Assembly: GCA_964188305.1 (NCBI GenBank) | Contig: OZ076885.1 | From: Podarcis bocagei | Taxonomy: Eukaryota | DNA: 64,000 nucleotides | Reading direction: 5' to 3' (one strand) | Shown: positions 1 through 13,100 of the stretch, one piece after another | How positions within the stretch are numbered: position 1 is the stretch's first letter | How the letters are laid out: the number at the start of each line of letters is the position of its first letter | Program-made: the position numbers and the translations under genes | Notes under the pieces: generated by a model | The model's input: only the letters and a program-made list of their open reading frames with translations | Told to the model about the DNA's origin: nothing | Databases searched by the model: none

Positions 1-100
1 GATGGAGCCTTTTCATCTGGTGTGGAACCTCTCCCTGCTGAGCCCACCCCATTAATAATATCTTTGGTGTGAGGCTGCTTTCATACTTTCCATTTCTCAC

Positions 101-229
101 CTTTGGGAGTGGAAATGGCATAATAGATTGTCCAGATGTAGTGCAATTGGCGGGTCGGCCTAATAATCCCGCGTACAAAGATCTTTCCCCGAGCAGGAAT
201 TGTCCCTTTGTAGTGGTCAAGTTCTATTG
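101..229 (-). CDS. CFAP65: CFAP65 coding exon 16 ([15 protein letters not shown]...YYAISTPK)
   Basis: acceptor cacag / donor gtgaga; 129 nt, phase 1-1. Confidence 0.9.
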
Positions 230-1063
230 CTGTGAGGAGGAAAGACAAAAAACAAAATTGTGAGTATGGATGGAGAGAGACTTTAGGCAGCTGCAAAGCA
301 CAAGAAATCTGTCTTTCCATTAAATACCTAAGGAGTCACTGGCAACTTCTTCAGGGTCACACGGTCCAGTGATCAACTGCTCCACACTAAGGACGTATTT
401 TAAGCAGCAGGCTCCGTTGTTAAAGAAGGCAAATTCACATGACTGTGTGCTGCCAACCAGGATGTTGCCGACAGCTACCTGCTCTTTTTGTCCCTGCAGA
501 GCAAGCACAACACAGGAAGTTTATTAAGAGACACTGACAATGGGTATTCCATGCAAATAAATTCTGAAATTTAATACACTGAGGGAAAAGAATAGCATCA
601 GAGGGGTAGGCCAAGGGTCTCATTAGGATCGCTATTCAATCCGTCACTGCCAGCAGCAGTGGGCGAGTTTTCCCTGGTGGAACCCACCAGAACACAGTTC
701 CGGGAACTTTTTTTGTCAAATCTGCTCACCTTCTCTGGTGGGTGCAGCTATCTCCCCAAGCAAAACCATCTTCTCCGAGCCTCTTGCATGGCCTGGGGGC
801 AAATCCACACGCCAGAGCAAGCACAAAGCAAGGGCTAGGGCACTGCTGCTGAGCATGGCCAAAGGGTGGAGCGAGTGCATTCCAGAGGAGCCGCTCGGTG
901 CTCTGCTGTTCTGGATATACCTCACAGTGTTGCTTGGCGAGGGGAGGAAACACAAGCAGTCTTCCATTTTCCCACCAGAGAGCGCGGCAGCAAGCTGCAG
1001 AAGAGCAGCCATGAAGAGCAGTGGGGCAATGTCACTCATGGAAGGGGCGAGCGTGTGGCAGGA

Positions 1064-1109
<46 letters not shown>

Positions 1110-4100
1110 TCTTTATTGTCATTGCCCCCTTTGGGGACAACAAAATTACTTGACTGCTCCATAAAAACACTAATTAAACAATACAGTATAATACAGCAAG
1201 GGAGATTAGATGACTTTCAAAGTCCGGGCTTCCCATTCAGGGCCGAGATCGCTCTGGAGAAGCTGTTCTTAAGACGGCTCGTTCTTGTCTTCATCGTCCT
1301 GTATCTCCGTCCCGACGGCAAGAGCTCGAAGAGACAGTGACCAGGATGCGATGGATCTTTTACTATGTCCAGTGCCTTCCTATGGCACCTTGTGGCATAA
1401 ATCTGCTCTAAGGTGGAGAGTGGGCAGCCAACAATGCTCTCTGCTGCCTTAAATGCTGCTCTGCCAGCAAAGGTCAACCATGGGCTGGGTGACGGCAAAA
1501 ACAGTGGGCACTCTTAGGAATAAGAACCTCCATCCTGCTTTGCAAAGCCATTCCCAAAACCTGTTGGCCTGCTCGTTGGTGCCAAGTGACGATGCCAGCA
1601 TTGGAAAAGAGCAGTGTGCCTCTGAGCAAGTGCAGAGTGTTAACCCTCTGACCCCCCCCCTTGCAACTGAGCAGTACTTTTATTCTAGAAAAAAATGCAC
1701 TGGCCAGCAGGTAGAGGCTTCATAGCACTACCAACTGGAAGGGATATGTCCAGGCTTCCATAAATGCCAGGTGTCATCTGGGTATGCTTAAACTATCAGC
1801 TCTGTGATTGGACTTCCACCCTCTTCCAACATGGTCTTGATTACTTCTCCTGCCCCGTATGCTGTCACTTACTGTTAAAGTGCCCTGTGATCCTTCGCCG
1901 ATAACCCGCAGGATATAGCGGGCAGTCTTTGGGGTATTGTCTTCCAGAATTTCTTGCTCTCTCCACACTACCACCCAACTCCGCAGAAGGTATTTGATCT
2001 GCTCACTGGGAGTGAAGGTCCATGTCTGAGCCTGAAATTGCATACAAGAGAGAAGGCTGAGCGGGGATTCACAGCACTCTGCCTTCCTTGGATGGAGCAT
2101 CTGGGTGAGCCAGTTGCTAGGGATACAGGAGAACCACAGGGAGAACTCAACTTCCTCTCCTCCCCACTTCTACACCCAGAAGCATGCAGGGGTGAGCCCA
2201 TATATCTAACAAAACATTTGTCTTTGGCACTGGTTTCACATTCATTGGTATCTTTGGCTTGGGCTCAAGGAGGACTGTGCTATATTTCAATGTAATTGCT
2301 TCAGATTGCTTAGTGACCAAGGTCTACTCACCAAAGCTTCATTGGGCAATATAGTTCCTTCAGCAGGCTGCACAGATAAAAGGTTTTTGTCTGACTGCTG
2401 GATTTTCCACCTGAAGAGCATGGGTAACCGGGTGCAGTTCTTGATAGTGAAGGTGCGTGAGGAGGAGCTGCCCACATATGTGGGTTTGAAGTACAGGCAG
2501 CCATCACCTTCTAATAGCAAGACCAGGGGCTCAGCGCTGCTCTGAAGGTGGAGCTCCTGAGGAAGCAAACATCAGCAAGAATCTTCAGCCAATGTTGAAA
2601 GCCACAGCACTTTCACAGGAAAGGTGAGCTAGGTTCTAGGCTGGCATGGACAGGCCAGGGAAAACTGAGACAATACACAGAAGGAGGCACAAGGGCAAGG
2701 CTGCCAAAATAATTTTTTCCATTTGTGAAGTTCTAGAAGTGCCATTAAGCAACAGTTTTCAAGTGCAAGGTAAACCATTATACTGAACCAGGAACTGCAT
2801 GAAGGTGTGTGCATGGGATGGTGTATAAACATCGTCTATAGCATCTAGATTGAGCAAGAATAGCCCGGCAGATGTGAGATGCAGCCCTCCAAATCTCCTC
2901 TTCACCCAGGAGAGAAACAAAGCAAGCTGCCACTGTGGTTTAATTCTCTATCTTCATGTAGGTCTCCAGCCGGACAATTTTTTGGCAGGCTAGAAACTTT
3001 TGGAAGCTTATTTAAAGAAGGCTGATATAAACCAAAACGTGTGCATGTGCTGGAAGGCCTTTCCTCGTGAACCAATTTTCCCAATCATTAAAGGTGACGT
3101 AAGAAGCACAGGAACATAGGAAGCTGCCTTATACCGAGTCCAACCATTGGTTCATCTAGTTCAGGACCATTCGCACAGACTGGTAGCAGCTCTCCAGGAC
3201 TTTAGACAAAGAATCCTTCCCAGGAAGATATCAGGGATTGAACTTGCATGCAAAACATGTGCTCTACCTCTGAGCAACAGTCCCTCCTCAATTCATGACA
3301 GTTGTTATTCATATATTACAGAGGATCTAGGAGCCTCCTCTAACGGAGCACTTCTTTTATGTTTTCATAATAGTTAAACCAGTTATCTTGTACATTGGCT
3401 GTGATCACCATATAGAATGCAGTCCCTTAAATGTCACCAGAGCTACCAGTGAAGTGATGGCTGGCCACCTACCTCCAACCCATCAGTAGGTTATTTTGCC
3501 TTTTGAAGTGTTCTTTGCTAGGAGAGGCTCAGCTTCCCCAAATAGCTGAGATCTAAGTAGTCAAACAAAATATTTAATCTAGTCACTGGAATACCACTGC
3601 ATCACCTTTTTATGTCCATGATAGTTAAGAGAATGCACTGAAGACATTTGCAAGGTGTTTGGGCAGAAGGAGAAGGAAGTAAACAACTCCCACCTACCCA
3701 CCCGAGGACTTTTGTACCAAAATCAGCTGAGCACATGGACCTACAATAGCAAGGAGCTAAATAACAAGAAACAGCTTTCCTTTCCTCATGGTTTATCTAG
3801 TTTATGCTGCACTGCATCAGAAAACAGTTTTATTTGATGGATTCTATACATTATTGGGGAGTTTTAAATCTTGCCTGACCTAAACTGATCATTTTGATTT
3901 TAAGTATTACAAGTTGTCTTCGGACCTATTTTGCAGCTGATAAACAGAATGAAAAACAAAAATAATGCGTACTTCAACCTCATTCAGCCCATGTGGAAGA
4001 TGACCAAAAACCATACTACTTTTAAAAAATAGGGTAGATGTGGTTTCCAGGGCATCAAAGAATTCTTTGTATTTATTACCCGCCCTTCACTCTAAGGTCC

Positions 4101-7100
4101 CAAGGAGGATCACAATAATTTAAAATACAACATTAAAAACCATTTAAAACAAATTATAGTCACACGAATAGTATGGCTCCTCAAAAGAATTACCTCAAGT
4201 ATTGACGTGTCAAACTAAAGAAAAGAGATTAAAAAATGGTACTGCTGTGGACTGAGAGGGTAGCCATTTTTTAAAAAAGCTAAACAAATGTTCTCACATT
4301 GAACTATTACACCAGGGGTGTGCTTAGCCTCCAAATCATTAGAATATTAAGATAAAGAAATTAGGGGTCACAGAATTGTAGAATTGAAAGGGGCTACCAG
4401 AATCCTATTGCAGTCCAATGCAGGAATCTTTTGCCAAGTGTGAGGCTTGAATCCACAACCCTGAGTTTAAGAGCCTCATGCTTTACCAACTGAGCTATTC
4501 CAGGGTGTTACAGACAGGGTGAAGGGGTATGTCCCTCTTCACCATATAATGATAAAATGGGGCAGAGAATGAAAGGAAGAGTCTACCTCTTCCTGCCCCT
4601 ACCTGGGTGAAGGAGGGCCAGAAATTAAACTGCATGGACAAGATGTGCTGCTGTATAGATGTTTCCACTGGGCAAGTTGAGAGGAGAATGATCTGGTGAG
4701 CTCCAGGTGCAATATACCCACAGTTGGGCTTCACTAGGATGGAAGGACACTTCTCCCGGCTTAGGCTGAAGCTTATGGCAGTGCTACCCACGTTGGAGAG
4801 CAGCATGCTGCGATACGTGGTGATGTTTGGGCTCACCGGAGGGAAGACCTAGAAGACAGGAAGAGGTTTTGGTTGGAGGAATAACTCATCTGCATTATTC
4901 TCTTCTTAGCATCTCTGCCTTGAATAGCCAGTTGGGAAAGGCTGCACTTCTTCAAAAGACAAAGAAAACAACGAGGGCCACAAAAAATGCATAAAATCCG
5001 ACGCACTTTCCAAGATCACGTCCATGAGTTTAACGTTCCTACCCCTTTTATTGACTGGTGTAGAAGAACAAAATTAAAATCCCATGCATGCACAGCTACC
5101 CAATGATTACAATCCTGGAGTCTTTTGCAAGCTACACCTGTGTAAAAATTAACCTCATTTTGGAAGGGAGGGGGTGATTCAGAGGTGACGTACAGATGCA
5201 CATGCAAAGGGAAGTGTGCACACATGATTCTATTGTGGAGTTACCTCAGCTTCCTGCCATACTCTCACAGGACACAAACTTGGGGTTTCTGTCTTGCTTT
5301 CCAAGCACCTTGCCTATTTATCTGATCAAACATTTGTTCAGCACTGTTTTTAAGGGGGGGGGGGAGTTTTAAAATAGTTTTATGCTTTAAAGCCTGCTCT
5401 GGGTGTGTGGGGGCGGGGGAGAAGATTTAATGATTGACATAAAGGCTGGCCGATCAGCAATGTGCACAGCCTTTTCAAGTGCAAATTGGAAGTATGGGTT
5501 TCCCCTGAGCTTAAATGGACCAAAGCACAAGTGTGCGTCCACAGCAAGCTCACCACTCAAATGTTGTAAGTCTGTACACACCCAAATAGAATTAAAGGAG
5601 GTATGGTTTAGTTCAAAAACCCAGGCGTGAACAAGTGCCTCCTGTTGTAAAGAATAGGAAAAATGGCCTCCTTTGTTATTGTTCCCATTTTACAGATGGG
5701 CAAACTTTGACTCCAGAAATAAAGGGAGGGCCTGCAAATATGCTTTTACCATACTTTAAAACTGGCAGGTATTTCCCCTTGGAGGTGGACCCCTTGTTGA
5801 CCTCTGCTGTCACTGACTGGGTTGAGGCACCAGCCGAGACATGCTAACCCAGAAACTCTACTAAGGAGAAAATAATAATTTCCCCCAAAATAGAAGAAGA
5901 AAGGGAAGAGATCAAGAAAGCCACTCCAATTTCTACTTTATCAGGAAAGTACGCAATGCAAGGCTCTGGCTAGGTCTGTAAGTACACCAAAGCAGAAAGA
6001 ATGCTGGAGTGACTGAATGAGCCCTCAATCCGGTATGCCTAGATCAGCAAGTGCTCATCTCTGTGGCCACTGGGTGTCCTCATCATGACTTTCCAGAATT
6101 TGTTCCTTTCTGGAAAACGGAAAGAATAGAAACCAACATCTCATTATTGCAGGGAAACAAAAGTAAGATTGTAAAACACATTGCAGACACACAAAACTAA
6201 CAATGAATCCTTTCTACTTTGCAGGCAGTAGATGAGAAACACCCCACCCCAGAAGGCGAAGACTATCCCTCTCACCTTGTGACAGTCCAAGTTGTACTTT
6301 GGGATAAAGTGCTGCCGCCCAGGTTGAAAAGTGTGTCCGCGCAAGGAGATGGCTAAGTCCCAGGATGGGCACATGGTGATGGGCTCCTCAATGTTGTTGA
6401 AGTTCCGCAACACCTGCCAGCAACAAACAAAATATTATTAATTTTAAGATTTGTTAGTCGCTTTAACCTGCCAAAGACAAGCCAAAGTGACTTACAACCA
6501 AACTAGAGTATGCTGGGATCTCTCTGATGAGCAGCACAATACAGCAGGGCTTCATCTGTGTTCTACCTTAATGCCCTGCCATGGGGTTCCAAGCCAGAAT
6601 TTTGTATCAGAAAGAGAACAAAACTGCCCTTCAGCAGGAATCCCATCACTAATCATCATTTCTGTTTTTAAATCTGTTCCCTCTTGTCTTCTCAGCGGAT
6701 GTGGCAATTTAACATTTTGCTAGAGAGCGCTTTTGCCAAAAGGTTCTGTACTAGCCAGTCAACCAGCCCACATTGTGATGACTGAACCATCTTTTTTTTT
6801 CTTGCTGTCCTCATGACCAGGGGAAATTCTGAACCCAGGACAATGGGACCATACATTTAAGCAAATGCACTTTAAGCACATGGCTTCGCCCCAAAAATCC
6901 TGGAAACAGTAATTTGTTGGGGGTGCTGGGTATTCTAGCTCTGTGAGGACGGAACGACAGTTTCTTAGGAGGAAGTCATAGGCTTTAAAAGTGCATTGAT
7001 TGTGCTTTAAATATATGGTGGGGATCTGCCGAGGCCCGAATTTCTGTGCCATAAATGTCAATGCTTTGGACACCAAATTTCTACTCACCTTATAGAAGGC

Positions 7101-10100
7101 AAAACCCTCCAGTTCAGCTGCATACATGGAATTGAGCAAAGAAGGCTTGAAGGTGACATGGAAAGCCATAGTCTTCAGAGGTGGGATGTCGCAAATTTCT
7201 GGGAGCACTTGAAAAGGACTATGTGGCTTGTTTGTCCATATAACCGTGATTTTTCCCTTTGTGTGATTGGTCACGCAGAAAGGGAGTGGTTGTACCTCTT
7301 GGAGCTTTGCACAACAGCCAAAATCATACTCCTTGATGCTAAGGCTAACGTGGGGAGGAAACACCGTGAGGTCACTGCTTACACCGTCATGGAAATATTC
7401 AACCATGGGCTCAAGGGCAGGGTACTCTTCAGGAGGTTTATCCTCCAGCATCTAAAAAGGGGGGAAAGGAGAGGTGTATGCCTAAACCAAAGACTAACAT
7501 CTTACTGAAGACAACATTCAGCCCCCAGGCCTGAGTTTCCCATCTCTGCTATACTCAACAGAGTGCACTCTGGTACTTGAATAAGCACTCAAAGTCTAGC
7601 AACTGTGATCACATGCATACTCAGCATGGGCAGCAAGACATCATTGATTCTGCGGAATCTACCTCCAGGGGTGCAAAACTGAGTACTGTACCTCCGGTGG
7701 GAGTGTGAGAGCTCCGGTTTCATCCACCAACAGTTTGCCCTCCTTCAACATAGTGCCCAGGATGTCCGGTGGGAAAAAGGTCAGTCCTCTGGCCATGTGT
7801 GTCTTGTACCTGGTAATGTCGCTCAATCTCAGAATGTTTGGGCTCATTGTTTCCGAGTGGCAGGTCCCAATCAAATCTATGAATAATGGATCCTGAAACA
7901 GCAGAGACACAATGACTGAACAGTCCACTTCATCTGCATTCTTTTCAGGAATATAATTTTGCAACTTTCACCCATTAATATGTTGTCCCAGGGACCCTTT
8001 AAACATTATCCCTCCCTGTCCCTCCAGGGGCACTTTTCCATAAGCAGCTCCCCCACCAACTATGGGAGCCTTTAAATGCCAGATGTGAAAGGGCCAATCA
8101 TGTGGGATCTGATCACAGAATAAGCTTCTCCTTTGGTTTCTGGGCATTGATTCCATGAGAAAGATCGACCATGTGGGTGGTCATTTAAACATTTACTCCA
8201 ACTGTACAAGAACTGCTCACAGAAAAATAGCTCCGGTGTGGTTAGGGTGACATTTAAAGGGATCCTCAGTCAAATTTTCCAGTTATCGTCTCCTGCTTTT
8301 GAGAGCTGGACTTTGTTAAAATGAGAAAGATTACACACTGGCAGAGGCAGTGTACTATATGCATTTGCTTTAGTATTAGCTTCCCAACCTTTCTACAAGG
8401 AATTGCAGTGAACAAACCAGTAAATGAGGCTGGGAGATAATGACTTGTCTGTGTCCATCCAACTGGCTCAGAAGCTAAGCTGGGGTGTGAATCTGTGTTT
8501 CCCATGTCCACACTCAGCACTCCAGCAGCTATTCTGTGCTGGTTGTACGTATCCACAAAGCTTTCCTTTAGGGGGTAGGATGCTCTGTTCCTGTGCATCC
8601 AACCTCCATAGCAAACACAACCAAGTTGCTTCCCCTATCACAGCTGATAGACCACTGCAAAATCAGCAGTGTTGTGCATTCTGGGCAGTTGCCTTCTGTT
8701 CTGAGAGCAGGGCATCCCAAGGGAAAGCTACAGAATGCTTCTAAGCTTGCTTCATGCATTCTTGCTTTTATGCTACCACTTTGAACTGGAAATGCAGGAA
8801 ATTGCCTTGGGAAGATGCTCTATCCTTCCCTGCATTCCAAAATCAGCCTGAAAGCCACATTACAGGGGTATGGAGGTTAGGGCTTGAATAAAATGCTGTG
8901 CTTCTAGGTATGTTTAAGAAAAGCTATCAAAGATGTGGAAAATAAGGCATTGGCCTGAGCATTTCCATTTAAGGATATTTGCCTGATAAAGCACAATAAC
9001 CAGGCAAAAGAGAGGGTCCTGTTCTCTCCATGAAATGGCATTCAACCACCCCTGCTTGACTGGGGCACATAACCAACAGGCCTGTTTCAATGGAAGATGT
9101 ATCCTAGCCCTCTTACCTGATGATGAACAAGGCAAACCACTCGTCGGTAGAAAATTATTGGGTAGGTGGGTTGGAAGGTGACCTTCAGTGTGATAGTGGA
9201 CATCCCATCCAAGACCCCAACAGGACGGTCAAAGGAAAAGACACTTTGCTTGCAGTCAATGTTAAACTGATAGTAGGCTGGAACATCAGAGTTATTGGTC
9301 ATCTCTAAGGGCTGAACTAAGTACTCTCCAAGGTTAATGCAGCTAAAGTAGACAACGGGGTGCTGAAAGGAAACCTCAGGACCTGGAATGACAAACAAGG
9401 CCAATTTTCACACCATTGCTGCTATTGAGAAAGGAGGCTGCTTTTAGTTTTTGTATACCAATAGTTCCCAATTCCCTGCCCTCCAGGGTTGGTTGTTATT
9501 ATTGTTGCTATAAAAGCGGTTGATCCTCATCACCTATCTTCATTCAGCAGTGCTCCCAAATATAGAGACAGTCTAACTCACACAGCGGCAAGAAGACATG
9601 CACAGAGCCCCACTCCCTCCACCCAGATGGGGTCAGCCTCTTTCTGCTAGGAGGGCAGGGTTCCTTTTGCTAAAATCTCAAGAACAAACAGGAATAGGGG
9701 TCCAACCCAAACAACCTCTGGTTGCAACTTAACTATAATATACAACAACTCACAACTCTTCAAATGCAAATGCTATTGCAAAGTAGCACCAGCACAGCTT
9801 TGAAATCTTTGGACAAAATGTTTTGTACATGCTCAATATCCAGCAAGGTACCATAACCCAAATCTGCTGGAATCAGGAGCAAAACACTGGTATATGTGCT
9901 TTGATGAAGCACGGAGATGCAAAAGGGCTCTCACTGCCTTGTACCTTTGCATGAACCTGTCACCTTCAGCACAGAATGGGTGATGCTCCCAGCAGGCAGA
10001 ACAGTGAAGTAGTCCACACTCTTTACACCCACGGTGTGTGGGCTGAACCTCACAGGGATGACTGACTTCCCACGAGCTGGAGCAATGTTTTGGTTGGTGT

Positions 10101-13100
10101 CACAAGAAAAAACACGATCACGAAGCACTACTTCCTTTGCTCTCTCAATCCTGAATGGGGCACTGACCTGCCGAGAGACAGAAAGTGTTATCCTTCCACT
10201 CACTGAGGAGAGAAAAGCCTACAGCTTAGGCCAATCCTCTAAACTGGCAGTTTTTAATCTGATGGAAACTTTGCTACATTCCCACACAAAACACTCATAA
10301 TCCCCTTTGAGTAATTGGTGATGCATCTGGAAACCAGCAGTCTTAGCTTCTGAGACACTGTATTGCATGAATATAGGAGTTAAAAAGAAGAAGCCACCGC
10401 CTTTTTGGCCCTGTGCCTATAATGCCAGGGAAACTTCAGACAGAGACCAAAGACTTCAGCAGAATGGAAACTCACTAGCATCTGCCTGCCCTCTCTTTCA
10501 GGAGAGATCCATTCTACAACCAAGTGTCTCCATTAAATCCTATGTCCAGGCTCCTGCCATTCTTGACAGCTGAACTCTCTGCAGAGACTATAAATTCCCC
10601 TCAAAATTCCCAAGCAAAGGTTGCCACCTACTGTGTACATCTAGAGAAAACTTCCACATTGTGCAGATGCTTTCAGAGTGTTGCTGGAAGTGTGGTATTC
10701 AAAGAATAATAACTTAAAATAATTTATTATGGCAAATGTAAAGTATACAGTCAATGTTTACAGTTGCTGTTTACAATTAAGTCGACACAATTTCGAGAAT
10801 GGCAAAAAGTCTTGTCACAATTCATATGGCAGGGGAAAAGACGCAGGATAAAATTTCAACTATTGACTGATAAGAAAGAGGAGGATTCTTGGTGCCAAAT
10901 TTAAAGCTTTATTATGAAGCATCTTGCTTATGTTGGATAAAAGATTGGATATTATTGGAAAACACGGACCTGCTGGATCTAGAAGGGTATAATAATAGAT
11001 ATGGATGGCACTCCTATTTATGGTATAACAAGGTGAAAATACATAGAGGATTTGTAAATCATATAATTAGGGGTGCTTTATATGTTCGGGCAAATAGCAG
11101 GATTTACGTTAAATAAGAGCAAAACCAAAGTGTTGGGGGGAAATTTAAATAATGAGGAGAAAAAAATCCTTCAGGAAAAGACAGGCCTTGTTTTTGTGAA
11201 GAAAGTGAAATATTTGGGTATGAATTTATCGGTAAAAATTTTGAATTTATACAAAGATAATTATGAAAAATTATGGAATGAAATTAAGAGAGATCTTGAG
11301 GTTTGGTCAAATCTAAAATTGTCATTAATGGGCCAAATGTCGGTGGTTAAGATGAATGTATTGCCAAAGATGTTGTTTTTATTCCAAGCTTTACCAATCA
11401 TTGATAATCTAAGATGTTTTAAAGACTGGCAGAAAACACTGTCTAAATTCATCTGGCAGGGGAAAAAACCCAGAATTAAATATAAAATATTAACAGATAC
11501 AAAAGAGAGAAGGGGATTCTCCCTGCCAGATTTGAAGATATATTTTGAAGCTGCAGCTTTCTGCTGGATCAAGGAATGGATTCAACTAGACAATGTTGAT
11601 GTGTTAGATTTGGAAGGATTTGACAATGTATTTGGTTGGCATGCATATTTATGGTATGATAAAATATCGGCTCATAAAGGTTTTAAAAATCATGTAATTA
11701 GAAAATCTTTATATAATGTTTGGATAAGATATAAAGATCTCTTAGAAAGGAAAACACCCAGGTGGCTTTCACCAATGAAAGCAAAGGCACAGAAAAAGCT
11801 GAATATGGAGAGTAAATGGTTGAAATATGATGATTTATTGTTGGAAGATAATGAAGGATTTAAATTGAGACCATTTGATCAAATTAAAGATAGACTGGAT
11901 GGATGGTTACAATATTATCAGATTAATGAATTGTACAAGCTTGATAAGAAAATTGGTTTTGCGATAGAAAAATCCAAATTGGAAACGGAATTGTTAGACA
12001 CCAATGTTAAAAATCTCTCTAAAATGTATAATTTATTGTTGGAATGGCATACAAAGGATGAACAAGTTAAATCTGTGATGATTGACTGGGCAAGAGATGT
12101 TGGACACAATATAATGTTGGAAGATTGGAAAAGGCTGTGGAAGAAAGGGGTTAAGTTTACTGCATGTACTGTATTAAAAGAAAATATTACGAAAATGATG
12201 TATAGATGGTACTTAACCCCGATGAAATTAGCAAAGATCTATCATACAAATGATAATCTATGTTGGAAATGCAAAGAAAAAGAAGGTACTTTTTATCATA
12301 TGTGGTGGACATGCCCTAAGGTATAATACTTCTGGGAAAAGATTTATAATGAGTTGAATTTTTTTTTGAAAAATACATTTATTAAGAAACCAGAAGCCTT
12401 TCTTCTTGGAATAATAGGACTGGAAATGCCCCCCAAAAGATGTTAGATTGTTTTCATATGCCGCTACAGCAGCAAGACTTTTATTAGCCAAAAACTGGAA
12501 ATCGCAAGAAATTCCAACAATAGAAGATTGGCAGATGAAGATGTTGGATTTTTTAGAGCTGGCTGACCTGACTGGAAGAATCCGCAACCAGAAAGAAGAG
12601 GAGACACAAGAGGATAGGAAGAAATTTAAAGAATATTTAGCTAAATATTGCAATATAAGATAATTAGATAATACTTGGAAGTAACAAATAGGTTTAGGGG
12701 TAGAATAAGAATATGCGGCAGTAAATATTAATGATTTGAATAATAATAAAGGAGAAGAGCTTAGTTAATGAAAGGCGTTAATATTAGAAATATGAAATTG
12801 GAGAACTGTTATACAAGTGATATAATGAAATTTAGATAGAGGGGATTCGAGGAAGTCAGTTACCAATGTTAAGAGATTTAGGTATTTGAAGTAATAAATT
12901 TCTTTTGTGTTTAGTTTATTGTCTTTGTTGTGAGTTTTGTCATGTTTTTTTATTTTTTCTGTGTGGAAAATCTGGAAAATCAATTTTAAAAAAATTGGGG
13001 GGGGGGATAAAAATATAGGCATGTTGTAGGCACTGACAAAGCAGAATATGGACATGTCCTCTTGGGCACACATCTAGGTCATGAGAATATATCTGTTTGA

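Noticed and set aside
716-1340. ORFs with poly-Ile/poly-Asn (148-200 aa), also 16766-16981
   Set aside because: They are read-throughs of (ATA)n microsatellites and a Rex1 fragment. CFAP65 exons 14 and 15 join in frame without them.
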